A stretch of DNA of 64,000 nt, taken from NCBI GenBank assembly GCA_013115145.1, contig JAAPAO010000129.1, forward strand, positions 3,001 through 67,000, written 5' to 3'. Below are positions 49,181-63,070 of this stretch, in pieces. Every line of letters begins with the position of its first letter. Positions within the stretch are counted from its first letter, which is position 1. The notes beneath the pieces are model-generated. The model worked only from the letters and a program-made list of their open reading frames with translations, ran no database searches and was not told the DNA's origin. A program made the position numbers and the translations under genes. This DNA comes from Perkinsus chesapeaki ATCC PRA-425 (Eukaryota > Protista > Perkinsozoa).

Positions 49181-50810
49181 TTAGAGGAAATCAGCAACGT
49201 CCATAGGCATCTCATCGACCTGGGTGTTATAGTGACGCTCGATCTCACGGAGCTGCTTGATATCATCAGGAACAACGAAGTTGATTGCTACACCCTTACG
49301 ACCGAAACGACCACCACGACCAATACGATGAAGGTAGTTCTCGATAGAGGCAGGGATATCATAGTTGATAACCAAGGACACCTGCTGGACATCGATACCA
49401 CGGGCCAATAGATCAGTAGAGATAAGGACACGAGAACTGCCGGAACGGAACTCGCGCATAATCATATCACGCTCTTCTTGAGTAAGATCAGCGTGCATGC
49501 AGGAAACGGTATGATCAGCCTCATGCATCTTCTCGGCAAGGTAATCAACCTAATAACAGCAAAATATAACAATACAATCGCTACATTAATTTACCTTTCT
49601 CCTGGTGTTGCAGTAAATAATGGCCTGGGTGATAGTCAAAGTCTCATACAAATCCTTGAGGGTATCAAACTTATACTCCTCGGAATCAATGGCAATATAG
49701 AACTGACGGATACCTAGAGGAAGAAGGATGTAATACACCTCATAGCAGAGCGAGAGGGGGGTAGAGAACATACCTTCCAATGTCAATTCATCGGTCTTGA
49801 CAAGGATTCTGACGGGGTCACGCATGAATTTGGTAGTAAGTTGGATGATATCATCGGGAAGAGTAGCAGAGAACAAGGCAACCTAAAAGGCAGCAATGAG
49901 GGCCGAATTAATGGTGACTGCCGCTGATGCCAAGGGCATACCTGGACATTGCTGGGCAAGAGGCGGAAGACATCGTAGATCTGATCCTTGAAACCTCGGG
50001 AAAGCATCTCATCGGCCTCATCAAGAACGAAGATCTTGAGGTCGTCCAACCTGATGGAAAAACGTGACCCGTAGATCATGTAGATGCGATTATGTTCATA
50101 CTTGAGATGTCTCTTGTTGGCCATATCGAGAACACGACCGGGGGTACCAACAACGACATGTTGGCCCTCACGAAGCTTCTCAATATCCTCACGGACGGCG
50201 GTACCACCGATGCAAGCATGGCACTTAACATCAAGGAATTCAGCTAAGGCCTTGGTAACCTACAAAAAATCTTATGTTAAATAATAAGAGAGGCGGCGAC
50301 CCTACCGAAGTGATCTGTTGGGCAAGCTCACGGGTGGGGGCCAAGATAAGGGCCTGAGTGGCTCTGAGCTTAGGGTCGACACGGGCAAGGCAACCAATAG
50401 TGAAAGCACCGGTTTTACCAGTACCGGACTGGGCCTGGCCAATAGTATCGCGGCCCGCCATCAAGGGCTTGATGGCTCTCTGAAAAAGGACACCAATTAC
50501 CGAGAATGGAAATTAACGTGAAGTTCTCCCCTTGAAGCGATGATGCAAAATATCTAATTATTAAACCGTAGAAGCGTACTGATACTGAACTCCTTATTAA
50601 GCAAAGGAAGTAATGATGTAATTAAGCAAGAAAGAGCGAGCTAAAGTGGCTAACTTGATTTCATCCATCCCATTGGCCCACCGATTGGATAGCTGAGGGC
50701 TTCTCGAAACCATACGAGTAGATGCCTCTCAAAAGATTCTCATCCAAGTCCAAATCGTCGAACGAATCGACGGCGGCGTCTTCGTAGTTGCACTCAATGT
50801 TTTGACTCAT
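49181..50810 (-). CDS. EIF4A: Translation initiation factor eIF4A (DEAD-box helicase)
   Basis: [65 protein letters not shown]; ends PMDVADFL*. Confidence 0.97.
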
Positions 50811-51315
50811 TGTCAGGGAAATTTATGGTTAGTCTGCGGCAGCAAGGAGCACGGCTATAAATTTGAAATGCAAATCTCGCTACGCCCCTATAATCGATTT
50901 GATGTCATCTTCTGTCTGATGTCAGATCCGTAAAGGTGCGCTCTATTGACAAAGGGTCGAGGCATCTGAATGGTAACTATAATTATAGCCCTATCAGATC
51001 AGGTGTGTACGGTTAAAACCAAAGGTTGGTACTTATTATTCAAACAAGAACATTCACTCTGTATTTGTCTCGCAGTAATACCGCTTTGCAATACCTCTTC
51101 CATTATGACATTCTCTTAACATGTTGAAAATCGTATTTCTCATCATCGTCTTCGGGCATCACTACGAATCCTATAGTGTTGAGAAAGCCAAGGGTTTCGA
51201 TCGCCGTACTTCTGGACCAAGATATTTGCGTTCCTGAAAAGTTACTCAACAACGCAGTATTTTGTGGGCCGCCTTTAGACGAGGTAAACGATGATGTAAT
51301 ACCGTTAGGTCATTT

Positions 51316-51916
51316 ATGTCCACTCCAATGCCTACTGACGGTTATCATACTCCTAATGAGGCCGCTCGTAAGAGAGTGGTATCTAAGGAGGAACTAGCCA
51401 AGCACACTTCAATTTATGATTCTTGGTAGCTCATTTCGGACACTCCTTGTCGATTCGTTGGTCAGGATATGCATCCATGGCTTGGTTGTTGACATCACTA
51501 AGTTTAAAGAAGATCATCCGGGAGGAGAGAGCATCCTCATGCGGAACGTTGGTGAGCTTCATCTCTCAATAGGGGAGTCATTCGAGGGGTTAGGCACTGA
51601 TGCTACTGAGGACTACGACGAGATAGATCACTCAGATCAGGCCCGTAAAAAACTAGCTGATGAGCTAGCTATAGGTATGGCACGTCAATCAACCTCCCGG
51701 GAATCTTTGGCTTAACAGGTGTTTTGGAGGGTCATGAGGATACCCCCGGTATCCCCGTCGAGCTCAAGTTCGAGGATACTCCTGAGGTTGGTTGGAGTAC
51801 CACCAAGGTGAGTCTGGCTCCGCTGCTGGTTGGTACCGTCTCGGGCCCAGGTCGTATTGGGGAGTCTCTTCGTGGCTGCGGTTGCGATTGGCATGATGCA
51901 GCTTATGAAGAAGTAA
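51316..51916 (+). CDS. Tail-anchored cytochrome b5
   Basis: KEELAKH...WICIHGLVVDITKFKEDHPGGE...GTDATEDYDEIDHSDQA (both heme His present); C-terminal TM VVLGSLFVAAVAIGMMQLMKK*. Confidence 0.92.
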
Positions 51917-52004
51917 TGAGTCATCGACGGCTATACTTTTGCCTCGGTTTTTATCAATGTATTTCATGGACTTACAAGTAGTTGTGTTTGTCGGTGGGTA
52001 GTTC

Positions 52005-54790
52005 ATGGGTATGAAAGCTGTTCCTTACTAATAATGGTTACTATTAAAGGGGACGATGAAGTAGATGACAACAACACTAGCTGTTGGCATAATCATCAAC
52101 GAACATCCTTCTATAAAGCCATAGGGCCCTATGGATGCCAGCCAGATCCTTCTATAGTCGATGAGACTACTGGGGATACATTAATTGGCTTTGTTAAGGA
52201 CAGCAGTGGTCTATGGCAAGGGGACGGTACTATATTATATATGTAATATTGAAAGGGAAGGCTGTGGGCTATTGGCATGAGGCATATTTGTTAGTGACGG
52301 TTCGGGGTACTCTGGTGCTATAGTGGATTCGAAAAGGGAAGGCCTCGGGGTGTATATAACTCGGGTAGGCGCCATTTATAGAGGGGAATGGAAGGTGAGA
52401 TGATGGAGTATCTTTGCGCACTATAAAGATTTTGTTGGATATCAGGGAGGAGAGCCAAATGGGCTGGGGAAATGGGAGTACTGTGACGGTAGTTACTACG
52501 TTGGGGAATTCAAGGCCGGTCGAAAGGACGGTCGGGGATACCACTATTCTCCAATTGGCACTGGTGTTACTTACTTTGAGGTGACACCGTTATTCATACC
52601 ATATTTCCGCCAAATCATGCGCAGGTATGGTCCGAGGGGAGCCTTGAAGAGCAAAGTCGGGTAACTCAGCAGCAGCCTTATGTCTCCAGCTGGCGGGCTC
52701 GTCCTTCCTCTGCCCCCACCGAGTCCAGAACATCCAATTGTAGACTTGATGGGAAACCACTCGAAGGGTAAGTGGCTAAGGGCTGTGGGTTTAATAATGG
52801 TGATGACAGGCAAAGGATATCGATCAACGAACCTCCTCGTATAACAGAGCTTCCCCCAGTCCCGCTGGAGGGCCGAAGAAGCTCCTCTAGGCCTCGAAGT
52901 CGAATGGATTCGGGGAGGCCTCTGTCCTATGGGAGCCATCGCAGCTCGGTGTTGATGCCACCAATGGATGAAGGGACAGCATTAGGGACCCGAGGTGGAG
53001 GAGGGCCACCATCATCTTCCTCCGGGCTAGGACCATCGCCAAGGTCTGTGGTGGAATGGAACACAGAGGATGTGGTTAGATGGCTCAGTAATACCCTCCA
53101 TATGCCACAGTACAGTAAGTCACTGGGACGGTGCTGCTGCCTGAGTAGGGCAGCTGATGATGCAGGTGATGCATTCCGACGGGCACACGTCTCGGGTCCG
53201 ACACTTCTACTTGTCAATCCGCAATTTCTAAAGTCAACTTTGGGGATAAAATCCCTAGGCCACCGAACTAAAATAATAGCAGCTGTGGATCAGGTAGTAG
53301 AGAATTTTATGGCGCGTGACGATTTACTGTCGCTCAGCTACGTCATGAGCTTTCCACTGCCCATGAGCACGGGTCCTCCAGAGGGCTCTACTTCAGCAGC
53401 GCCAGCACCAGTGGGAGCAGCGCTAGGCTGAACCGGCCATTGCTGGGCTCAACTCAAAGCATGAGTTCGGTCACAGCTATCCAGCCAACTTTAGGGGAGG
53501 TCCCCTATGATACTTGGTACATCCCGTTTGGGGACCTCCAGTTCGGGCCACGGTTGGACTCGCGACCAGATAGTAGCCCAGTGGGGGTGTATAAAGGGAG
53601 TTGGCTTGGAAAGGATGTGGCGATTAGGATGTATCGGGCGCAATTAGTGAATTCTCATAAGTGGTGGTCTGCCGTACGACACCTCGATCAAATACGTCAC
53701 ACTAACATATGCCTATTTATGGGCGTCTCTATCTCGGAGCCCTATTACTGCATAGTTTGGGAATTCGCAGAGTACGGAAGTCTGGAGGATCTCCTCCACT
53801 TTGACAGATGCCCACCAGGAGGAAAGCGGCATCAGGTGGTTAAGCCTCCATTGCCAGTGTCTATGGCACTACATATTGCTCGAGGGATAGCAGTGGCCTG
53901 CAGCTACCTTCAGAGGATCAGGGGCCTTGGGGACGGCCCTGGCGGCCATCTTGATTTAAAACCGTCGAATGTTCTCGTTGACTCTTCCTTTAACGTCAAG
54001 TTGACGGACTTCTGTTTGGATGAGATCGAGTCCTGCTTCCTGCTGCTCCCCGGCGATGGTGCTCGACGGACCCTACGAAGTCATTCCATTAAGAGGCTCG
54101 ACCCATCAGCTGGTCACACTGAAAGTGCTGAGGGCTGTGTTATACCAATCTCCATTGTGGGTGATAAGGACCCATCCAAGGTAGGCATCGTCATCTTGCA
54201 CTTTTATTATTACTGTGGATTATGTTAGTGTACCACCACTATCATCAGCCCTACAGACCAGACCGCAGCCTCCTCGAGTAATGAGGAGTATTGTATCGCC
54301 GATCGAAGGGTTCTGGTTCGAGACGCCAGCTACATGGCGCCTGAGGTTGGATCTGTCAGGCCGCCACATCCTCGCCACCGAAGTCCCTTTAGGTTCTTCG
54401 CCTGCCGGCTTGGCACTCCCAGCTCGGAATCGACTATCGTTGCGACATTTACAGCTTCGGTGTCATCCTATGGGAGCTTTTGACATGTCGACGTGCCTAC
54501 GTTGGACTAACTAATTCGCAGGTAAGCCACCACAATCACTTGGCCATCTCCGCGTCTCGAACGCTCTGTGTTGCCAGATTCGGGCCTATGTCGGGTACGG
54601 CGATGGTTCCCTGCCAAAGCTGTGCTACTCTGCTCCATCTGATGTCCGCCATCTTCTTAAGCGATGTCTCGACCCTAACCCAGCGAACCGTCCCTCGTTC
54701 GATTCGGCCATCCGGCGTTTAGCTCGCCTCCAAGGGCGGATGAATACCGTGGCCGAGGATGCATTAATGTCTTTTATGGTTGGGGTGTAG
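52005..54790 (+). CDS. MORN-repeat + SAM + tyrosine-kinase-like (TKL) protein, probable pseudokinase
   Basis: MORN-like Gly/Trp repeats at 52200-52800; SAM VVEWNTEDVVRWL...GPTLL...LGIKSLGHRTKII; kinase VYKGSWLGKDVAIR, HLDLKPSN, KLTDFC, YMAPE, DIYSFGVILWELLT, RPSF. Confidence 0.85.
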
Positions 54791-55140
54791 CCCGTCCACG
54801 ACGATGACATCTGCTGCTGCCATCATCACGTTACCCTCGTCACCATTTCCGATTATCTTCTGTACGGCGCAGCCGCGGCCGGTGTTGATGTACATCGGTA
54901 GCCGTCTGACGGTATTGTCCTTATTCTTGTTGATGTTTATACACTTTTATTGATATAATTTCACGCGGTCCCCACCGCCGCCGCGACCGCCCCGGCCGTC
55001 ATGTAGCATTGTGTTTGATACATCCTCCTCGTTGATTTGTTGGTTTATAGAAGGGCAGGAGGCAGTGCTGTTAAATGAATCTTAACCTCGAAAGTATCTT
55101 TCGTTGAAGTCATTATTAATATCATTATTCTTAGTTGGCC

Positions 55141-57787
55141 ATGCCACTAGCAGAGACACCCGCCGATGGTGACCACCCGGCCTCAACTGGAATAGGTCGC
55201 TTCGAGTCCTCGACCTTCAAAAAGCGTCTCAGTGGCAGCGGTGCCTCCTCTCCCCCTCCTGCAGCACTCCATCACAAGACGTCCCCACCACCGCCGTCCC
55301 CTAATAACCCTTCAGTGCCGCCACCGGCCGCCAGGCTACTGCCCAGACGATACGAGCAGCATAACCGGTACAGCAGCAAAGGCATCTTTCTAGCAGCTTT
55401 GCTGTGTATGGGTGGAGTGGTCCTGGCGTGGCTATTCATAACAGACATTGGTCCTCGGAACCTTACTGTCACTCCGGCGATGCTGCTCGCTGTGGTAACT
55501 GGCTCTATTATATTCACACAAGTGTTCCTATCATCCCGGCCGACGGTGGGCTCTGCTGGGCCTGCTGTCTTGGCCCCTTCACCAATGCCCCACTCGGCCT
55601 CAGAAGAGCGACAACCGCAGATCAAGCTCTTTGGTGGGGCACCAGCGGTGTCTGCTATGGCTCACCAGCGGGTAAGTAGGGGAGAGGAATTTCGTGGCGC
55701 AGTGAAGTTGAGTGAGGAATCTTTGTGGTGCGCATTTCATGTTCATTGTTGTTATCTCTGCTGCACCACTTTTTTGTTTTGTCCGGCCGCGGCCACCCAT
55801 GGCCTTTGCCTTGGTCAGGTCAGTGACCAGTCCCAGGATGAGTCGTTGATATCCTATCCGGACCCAAGAGACTCCCACCTCAATCCACTGTCCCCACACA
55901 AGCCCAATCGTAGTGGCTTCCCCTCCACTCCCTATCGAGTAGGGCCCTGGTTAGATACCTTGAGATCAATAGACCTGTGTTAGGTACCGAGCCCGTATGG
56001 AGGAGGGGACACTTCCGTATCTTCAATTAGTCCAGCGTCAACACCTGCCCGGCCAGCCAGTGGAGCATGGGCCTCCAACCGCGTCGGGTCCCTTTCGGTA
56101 AGACCAAATCTCAATTGCCCCTCTCGAGCTCATGCTTCTTCAGGCCGGTGGCGGCGGTACAGCTGTTGCTGATCTCTTTGGCCACGAGGTGGTCTCAGCC
56201 TGGACCAGGACTGTAGCCAGTGAAGTGATCGATAGGCAGATTATTGAGCCCCTCATTCGAATGCTGTCCGTCAGCGACTCTCAGTTAAGCAACGCTGTGA
56301 AGTAAGAAGAAGCCTTCCTCCCTGATGGCCTTAGCATCTATCTTTTCTTCAGAGTGGCTGGCCAAGGCTTCTTCCTCGCGTGCGCTACTGTCAGCGATGG
56401 TGGCTGGACTGTTACTAGGCCACCGGTGAGGAGGGTCACTTTTCAACATGCTGTCACGTGCTCCCTCCTCCTTCAGGCAACTGCTGGCTCGACTAGTATG
56501 GGTTATGGCGGAGAAGCTACGGCCTTGCCTGGCGCCATCTATCTCTCAGACAGGAACTTGCCCCACCCCCTCAGCAGCCTTCCTGAGCTTAATGCCGCTT
56601 GGAAGCACAGGTCGTACCATCACCTGCCAGCCTTCCCATATTGCCGCTTCAGATTGGTCCTCGAACGATACTTCCTCCTGCCGCCGATCCAGGAGGCCGA
56701 CCCTACCTCCTCCGCTCCGTCTGGTGGAGGAGCACTGCTCTATCAGAGCCGAGACTATGTGGTGGCCAGAGTCTGCGATTGGGCAACGTAGACGACCTGC
56801 TTAGTCATCTGCCTTTGGTACAATGTATCTCTCAGGCATGGCCTTCGATCGAGCTACCAGTTTGATCTGAAGGAAGTCCGCAACAGTACAACCAGCGGTG
56901 GTGGGTATGGCGGTGTGGGGGGCTACGATGCCACCAGTGGGCTTCTGCTGCTGCCCTCTACTACTACCTGTGATATAGTTACAGACTCTAGAATACTCGA
57001 CCATATACTGTTACAGTAAGGCGTGTCCCAGTGGGATGCACTATCATCTTCTTCAGTGCATTGGACTGTCATATGAACGGCGGTGGCGGCGGTGCTGGTG
57101 GGATTGGCGGTGGAGGGGGTCGGCGGCCATTCACCTCCACCTTTGTGCGGTCCATCGATTCCCGAGACGTGGCTAGCATGGAAAGGGGCTCTCAGGTGCC
57201 CGCCTGTGTTCACGGCATCAGATGGCTAATGTGTCTTTTTCAGACCTCAGCATCAGCCGCAGCAGCTCGGCCCTCTCGGTGGTCCACTGGTGGCTTAGGC
57301 CTCGGTCGGCGGGGGGCAGACTCTCCGGTGTGGATTGAAAGGTACCAAATACTACCGGTGCGGAAATGGTAACCTTTCTGTCAGATGCTACGACACATCC
57401 ACAGGCCTCGTTACCTATAACGTAGTGGACTTAACTCACAACAGCAGCAGCATCAGTAGCCAAGGCCGGGCCAGTGGGGCATCGATGGCGCCACAGCATA
57501 GGGATAGTGAATCAAGAGGGCTTATGCGGTGTCAGAAGGGCAACGCTAATATTGTACAGGCCTTGGCTGTGTTCCTGTGGTCCTTGAAAAAGGTAAAGTA
57601 CTTTTGTGGTCATGGAGATATGTTGGCTACTCAGGCATCACCAGAGCACTTCAGTAGCTTACCGACCGCCTTCAAGAACGCCACAGAGAGCTTCCCGCCA
57701 CCGAACCCACCATCGTATGCTACTACTACCAGCAGCACCTATCCTTCCCTACTGCGGCCACAGTACTTCAACCGGCGCTCTATATAA
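55141..57787 (+). CDS. TMEM209/PNET1-like nuclear-envelope membrane protein
   Basis: Two N-terminal TM helices, Ser/Pro-rich spacer, a ...IIFFSALDCHM segment resembling the family PTD..I..LF..YLD motif, and C-terminal GNANIVQALAVFLWSLKK. Confidence 0.55.
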
Positions 57788-58092
57788 TGCTACTACCATT
57801 ACCACTTACTACTGGACGTTTCCTGTGATACTACCTGACATTGTTGTTGCGGCGTTCTGTGGTCAATACCGCCTCCTATGTACAGTTGCTTGTTGTTTTT
57901 TTATTGAAGTCATGACTGGAGTAGTCTCCCACAACTATCCAGCGCCATGCATAATCTATCTCTTCAGGTACATTCGGCTAGAACTCCCGCCGCCCCTCCA
58001 CGCAAGGAGCAGACACAGACCAAGCCGCGGCTCAGTCCCGAGGCCAGGGCAGGCGGGGCGACCTATGACGGAGACCTCGGAGCTGTTGGTGG

Positions 58093-59787
58093 GTGACCTC
58101 CTCCTCCTCCGCAATGCTGCTTGAAGGAACATCATCAGGCACCCCTGTTGTCTCGACCAGAGCCTCAGCCATAACCCCTGGTTCGCCAAGCCCAGGTGCC
58201 CATAGTGGGTTGGATGGCATTGACCGTCTGGCGATGGTGTTGAAGGACTCTATTATGGCAGGAATGGAGAGCAGGTTCGCTAAGGTACGTGCCGGCGGCG
58301 GCGGCGGCAGTGCTGCTGTTGCTTGTAATGAGTGCTGATGCTGCTGCTGTCAGATTGAAGAGGATATCCAAAGTCAAATGAGTAATATGATGGCCCACGT
58401 TCAAATGGTAGACCATAGGGTTGAGATAACCCGTATCGAACAGAAGCAGCTTGCCGAGGAGATCCAGTGCAAGCTCCAGGGCCTCAAGGTGCTGGGGATG
58501 GGCAAATCCTCCCAAGGGCAGGTGGACGTCAGGATTCCCTCGCCCTCCACAGCGGGCAGTTCCTGAATGCGGTTTCCGCAGTAGAGGAGTCGGTGGCCAG
58601 TGTGGTGGCAAGTGAGCTGTCCAGAGAGTAAGCTGATGACATGGTGCCGGTTGACGGTCTATGGTTTCTGTGGCAGGCGAGGGTCCATCTCTGTTATGGG
58701 AGCATCATCATCGATGACCCCCTCCAACTGCCTGACACCTACAGCTCAGGAGTTCACACCCCACCGCATGCCTATCAACAATGTAATGACAGAATCAGCG
58801 GCAGCAGCAGCAAGCTCTACCGGCTTCATACTGCCTCATCTGCCTCAGTTATCAGTGGCATCACCTACCCCGAGTCGACTGGCTAAATCAGCTCCACATG
58901 TCGCTGTTAGGATGGCCCCAACGACACCTGAGAGCTCAGCGGCGGAGGCGGCCCCGACTACCCCGGTAGAAGGCAATGACAGTGCGGAGTCATCCCCGCC
59001 ATTCTCGGACTCGACTCCAAAGAGCTCACCACCTCCCACTGAGACCGATCAGGTAGGCAAGGAGATCGGTGGCTGGTTCAGTGAGTTCGTGCCTCAGGCG
59101 ATTGATCTGTCCACTAAGCTGGCGTCGTCGCTGAGTGAGAGCGGGTTTCATGTCCATCGTGAGGAATACAACTATATGATCTCGTGGAACACAGAGTCCC
59201 TTCATCTGAGGCGGGGCTATCTCATGTGGGCCTTCAAGGCGGCTGGCTTCCACAAGGATGTACAGGAGGCCATCCTTAGGGTTCTGGTGGTAGGCAACCT
59301 TTGCTTTCAGGCGATCAGACCCTATCCAAGTGGCCCTGGGTTGCTGGACGCTATGATACTTATGAAGGCTGGTATTAAGGAATATCACATATCAGCTATT
59401 GGTAGACTTCTGCTGCTGCTGCTGCCCGGGATCCTTCTTTACACTCCCTGCCAGTCTCCTTCATGGCCCGCGTCGTAGACATTGCCGAAAGCGCACAATC
59501 GGCGTTGGTAAGATCTCCTAGGAAGGAGCCCGACGAAGCCTCAGCGTCGAGGATGTTCCGGCAGGTAACATCCCTTGTAGCATATCTCAATTAAAATGTT
59601 TTCTTTTCTATGTTTTTACATTCTTTCCGTAGCTATGATCATTCCTCTTATCGTTGCCTTTCAGATGGTTTCCCAATACCCTGGGATGGTGACTCTCCGT
59701 GAAGAGCTAGGCCACTGGGTGGACAACGAGGGCCTGGACCCAGCTCTGCTCTTAATGCCACACGCTACTATCAATCCGGGCCTGTAA
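58093..59787 (+). CDS. Hypothetical protein with coiled coil and Ser/Pro-rich region
   Basis: ORFs 58093-58338, 58378-58566, 58600-59478 and 59596-59787 join through GT-AG introns. No family recognised. Confidence 0.5.
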
Positions 59788-60182
59788 ATCGAGGCCTGGC
59801 TAAAAAAATATAAAAAAACTTAACCGTTGTTAAAGCAGCAGCAGCAGCAGCAGTAGTGGTGGTGGTGGGGTGTCGCTGTAATAATGGTTTGAAGGACAAG
59901 GAGGAGGAGGAGTAGCAATAACATCAAGCAGCAGAATGATTTTAATAGAGCTTATTTTACCCGATTAACTGATCTCTCGAGGTAACTATACATGTCTCAT
60001 CTTACCACCTTATATTGAGTTATATCATCATCATCACGTCTGCCTCGGGGGAGGTTTGCCATTAACACGACAGTGCCCTCCTCCTCCTGATAAGTATATG
60101 TCTATATGATACATAGATATTTATGAACCATGATAATGATATTGCTGCTGTCTCCTCCATTAGTTCCTAAAGCTCCTCCTCT

Positions 60183-61591
60183 ATGACGGCCACAGGGGTA
60201 CCGGGTTTGTCACCATTCGCCGCTCGACGGCAACGCCGGGCACCATCCCTTCAAGTGGACTGTTCGAGCCAAGCCGCCTCCTATCGTAAACCGTACCGCT
60301 ACAGTCCTTCAGCTGATAGGCCCTCGCCTCGATCTCGAGGCTTGCCAGATAGATTTGTGTGGCATTCGGACAGCAGCCCCTCCGACAGGGCTAATCGCTA
60401 CAGCTCCTGCTCTGGCCGGGGGGACACGAGCCCACTGGAGCCGGGGCCATTGGATTTCAGCCCTACAGGCAAGCGGCTCAACCTCGATCGTTCGGCCACC
60501 TACATCGGTGTTCTTGACCGAGACCAGATTCTGGACGGCGTGCGAGGCGAGGCCGACAAGACCGGGTGGGGAATCACCGCGATTGGGTCCTACTCGTGCC
60601 ACTGTGACTCGACGGCATCCGACACCTTCATGGTCGTGCCTGGTGTCCCTCCTTTGTATTCGCCACCGAAGGATCCTCAGGAAGTCCAATTGAAGAAGCA
60701 TTTGGGGTAAGAGACAGCTGCTGCTGACATCTGTGGGGTATTAGTGTTGTCAGGCCTCCCGAGGACGTACTGCTACACTACGATCTGGCCTATCCCCTCA
60801 GGGCTGCCCAACGTGTAGTCGACCAGTGCACCCCTGGCTTAGATTGGTCGAAGGTCGACCTTGTCACCGATCGAGGCACTTTGTGTGAGCTTCTTCGATT
60901 CCTCGGAGCCATCACCAGCACCAATCAAAAGTCTAAAGCGTTCGAGTTCCCACTTAACGGTGGCCTGCATGACGAGCCTGCCACGGTAGAGTGCAGCTAT
61001 AGGCATCATACAAGGTACAAGGAGTACAAGGCTTCCTTTGACATGACAACGACGACGGTACCAGAGGGCAGTGAGCGGCTATACCGTCATCATCGGTTTT
61101 CGTTACTGAAGATAGGCAAGCTCAACGTTGTTGTCCGAGCTGAGGTGGACGGTTTGGTTAAAGAGCTTGAGGCGGAGGCTGCTGCCTATGTTGATGAGGA
61201 TGGCTGGGAGGCCTCTGACGAGGGCCGATGCACGCTGTGGACCCAGGAGGTCGGCGTGTTCAACCCAGAGGACGCTACAGTGGAGCTCAAGTGCCGTGCT
61301 ATGAAATGTCCTCGAGCTGGGTTCAAAGCAGCTTACTATGAGATGGCTCTGGGGTGCAGTGACAAGCTGGCAGTGGGCCGACATCAGGAAGGGCGTCTGG
61401 CGAGGATTGAGGAGTTCAGTCTGGCCGAGGTGAAGGAAAAGACGCTGGATGATGTTGATAAGCGATGGGCTGAGCTCGGAAGGCTCTTGGAGGAGCTTCT
61501 TATCTTGAGCTATGGGAGGCTCTCTACAGTTGTCTGGAACGGTAAATCTAACAAGCTTATAGTTAAGACCAGACGAAACGAATGGGCCTAG
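60183..61591 (+). CDS. DXO/Rai1-like PD-(D/E)XK protein, paralog A (intron 60707-60753)
   Basis: IGSYS..VVPG.PP, DLVTDRGTL, ASFD, VRAEVD, TVELK, YYEMALG, LAVGRH. Confidence 0.75.
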
Positions 61592-61843
61592 ATAGCCCAC
61601 TTTATAACGTACACCACTACTGCCACGGCAGCAGGTGACCATGGTAGACCGTACTGCTACTACTGCTTGTATAACAATTGCACAACATTTCTGTCTCCTT
61701 CTCTTTGGTATATTATTTTGCTACTACTGCACAATTCACAATCTATATTATCCCTTTATTATTATAACAACGTGCCACCCATCATCACCGCCAGTCTGTT
61801 GTGTTATAGTACATATCCGAAGCAAGCCGCCGCATCACTTCGT

Positions 61844-63070
61844 ATGAATCCCTCGCCGCTGACGGCCGCCGCTGCACCTGAGGGTTCTCCTCCGGCCAAA
61901 AAGATTCGAGAGAGCATGCCTGTGAAGTTACCATACGGCATACCTGTAGACGAGGCACAGGCGGCGGGGTCAGTTGAGCAAGGCCAGCAATGGAAGACTA
62001 AAGCCATAGGCTCCTACTCTTGGGACCTAACGTCAACTATCAATCAGCCCCGTATAGTCGTACCGGGCTTGGGCCCCGTGTATAGGCCGAAGAGGAGGCC
62101 ATTTACACTGCGGAGGGAAACGAGGTGAGAAAGAGATAACGGCTTGAAGCGATGTGTTTGATGTAGGAACAGCGCCAAGTATGTTGAAGAGTATGACTTG
62201 AAGGTTCCGACTGAGTCAGTGCTTCACGTCATGACCCTCTGCGACCCCGACTTCGATTGGTCCACAGTCCACTTGGTCACGGACCGTAACAACCTTCGGA
62301 AGCTCATCAGATTCCTCGAGGCCGAGCCCAACGCCCCGCTCTTCCCAGGAGCGGAGGAGAGCTTCGAGATCACTGTGGATGTGCCCAGTGGCAATAGACC
62401 AGTTGCCTTCACCTGCGAGCTTGCTGGTGACGCTCAAGCACCATTAGGCTTCGGTCATGCCCTGGAGGAACACCTCACTTCAGTGGCTGAGAGTGCCAAA
62501 ACCCTTCATGGATACTTCAGGCTCATCTTGCTCGAGATAAACGGTGTCAGAGTTGTCGTCCGTACTGAGGTTGACGCTGTTGGTAACCCTCCGATAAACG
62601 ACGAGGTTCCTCAAGGGCCTTGGCAGCCTTTCGACGGCAGTCCGACAGCATTGCATTATCGACGCTGTGGCCACTTCAATGCCAATGAGACCGTTGTGGA
62701 AATGAAAAGCAAGAGTGCGTTCTTTCCTGACTTCCCGTGGAGATCAACATTCTATCAAATGCTACTCGGCAAGGTCGACAAGCTGGTATTGGGTTGGCAT
62801 AGAAAAGGCTCCTTTGAACCGCCGAAGGAATATACATTTTCGGAGGTCCAGTCAAAGGCCGATGATGATGTTAACAAGCGCCTGTGTCAGCTTGGTGGAC
62901 TGCTTGGACGATTGACCCGTTTTGTGAAGCAAGATGGGGTGCCCAAAGCCCTTAGACTGGTATGGGACGGTGGCTCGAGTGACCTTACCATTGAGGAGAG
63001 AGTTGTAAATGAAGGCACATCTGAGGGTACATTGACTTGTAACTTTTTTGAATCGTATATTAACACGTAG
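61844..63070 (+). CDS. DXO/Rai1-like PD-(D/E)XK protein, paralog B
   Basis: NLS-like PPAKKIR; IGSYSW..IVVPG, HLVTDRNNLRKL, GFGHALEE, VRTEVD, VVEMK, FYQMLLG, LVLGWHRKG. Confidence 0.8.

Noticed and set aside
50480-50681. Long (202-nt) first intron of eIF4A as a possible snoRNA host
   Set aside because: The sense strand has no CTGA D box and no convincing H/ACA boxes. The C/D-like words occur only antisense, without a terminal stem or recognisable guide.
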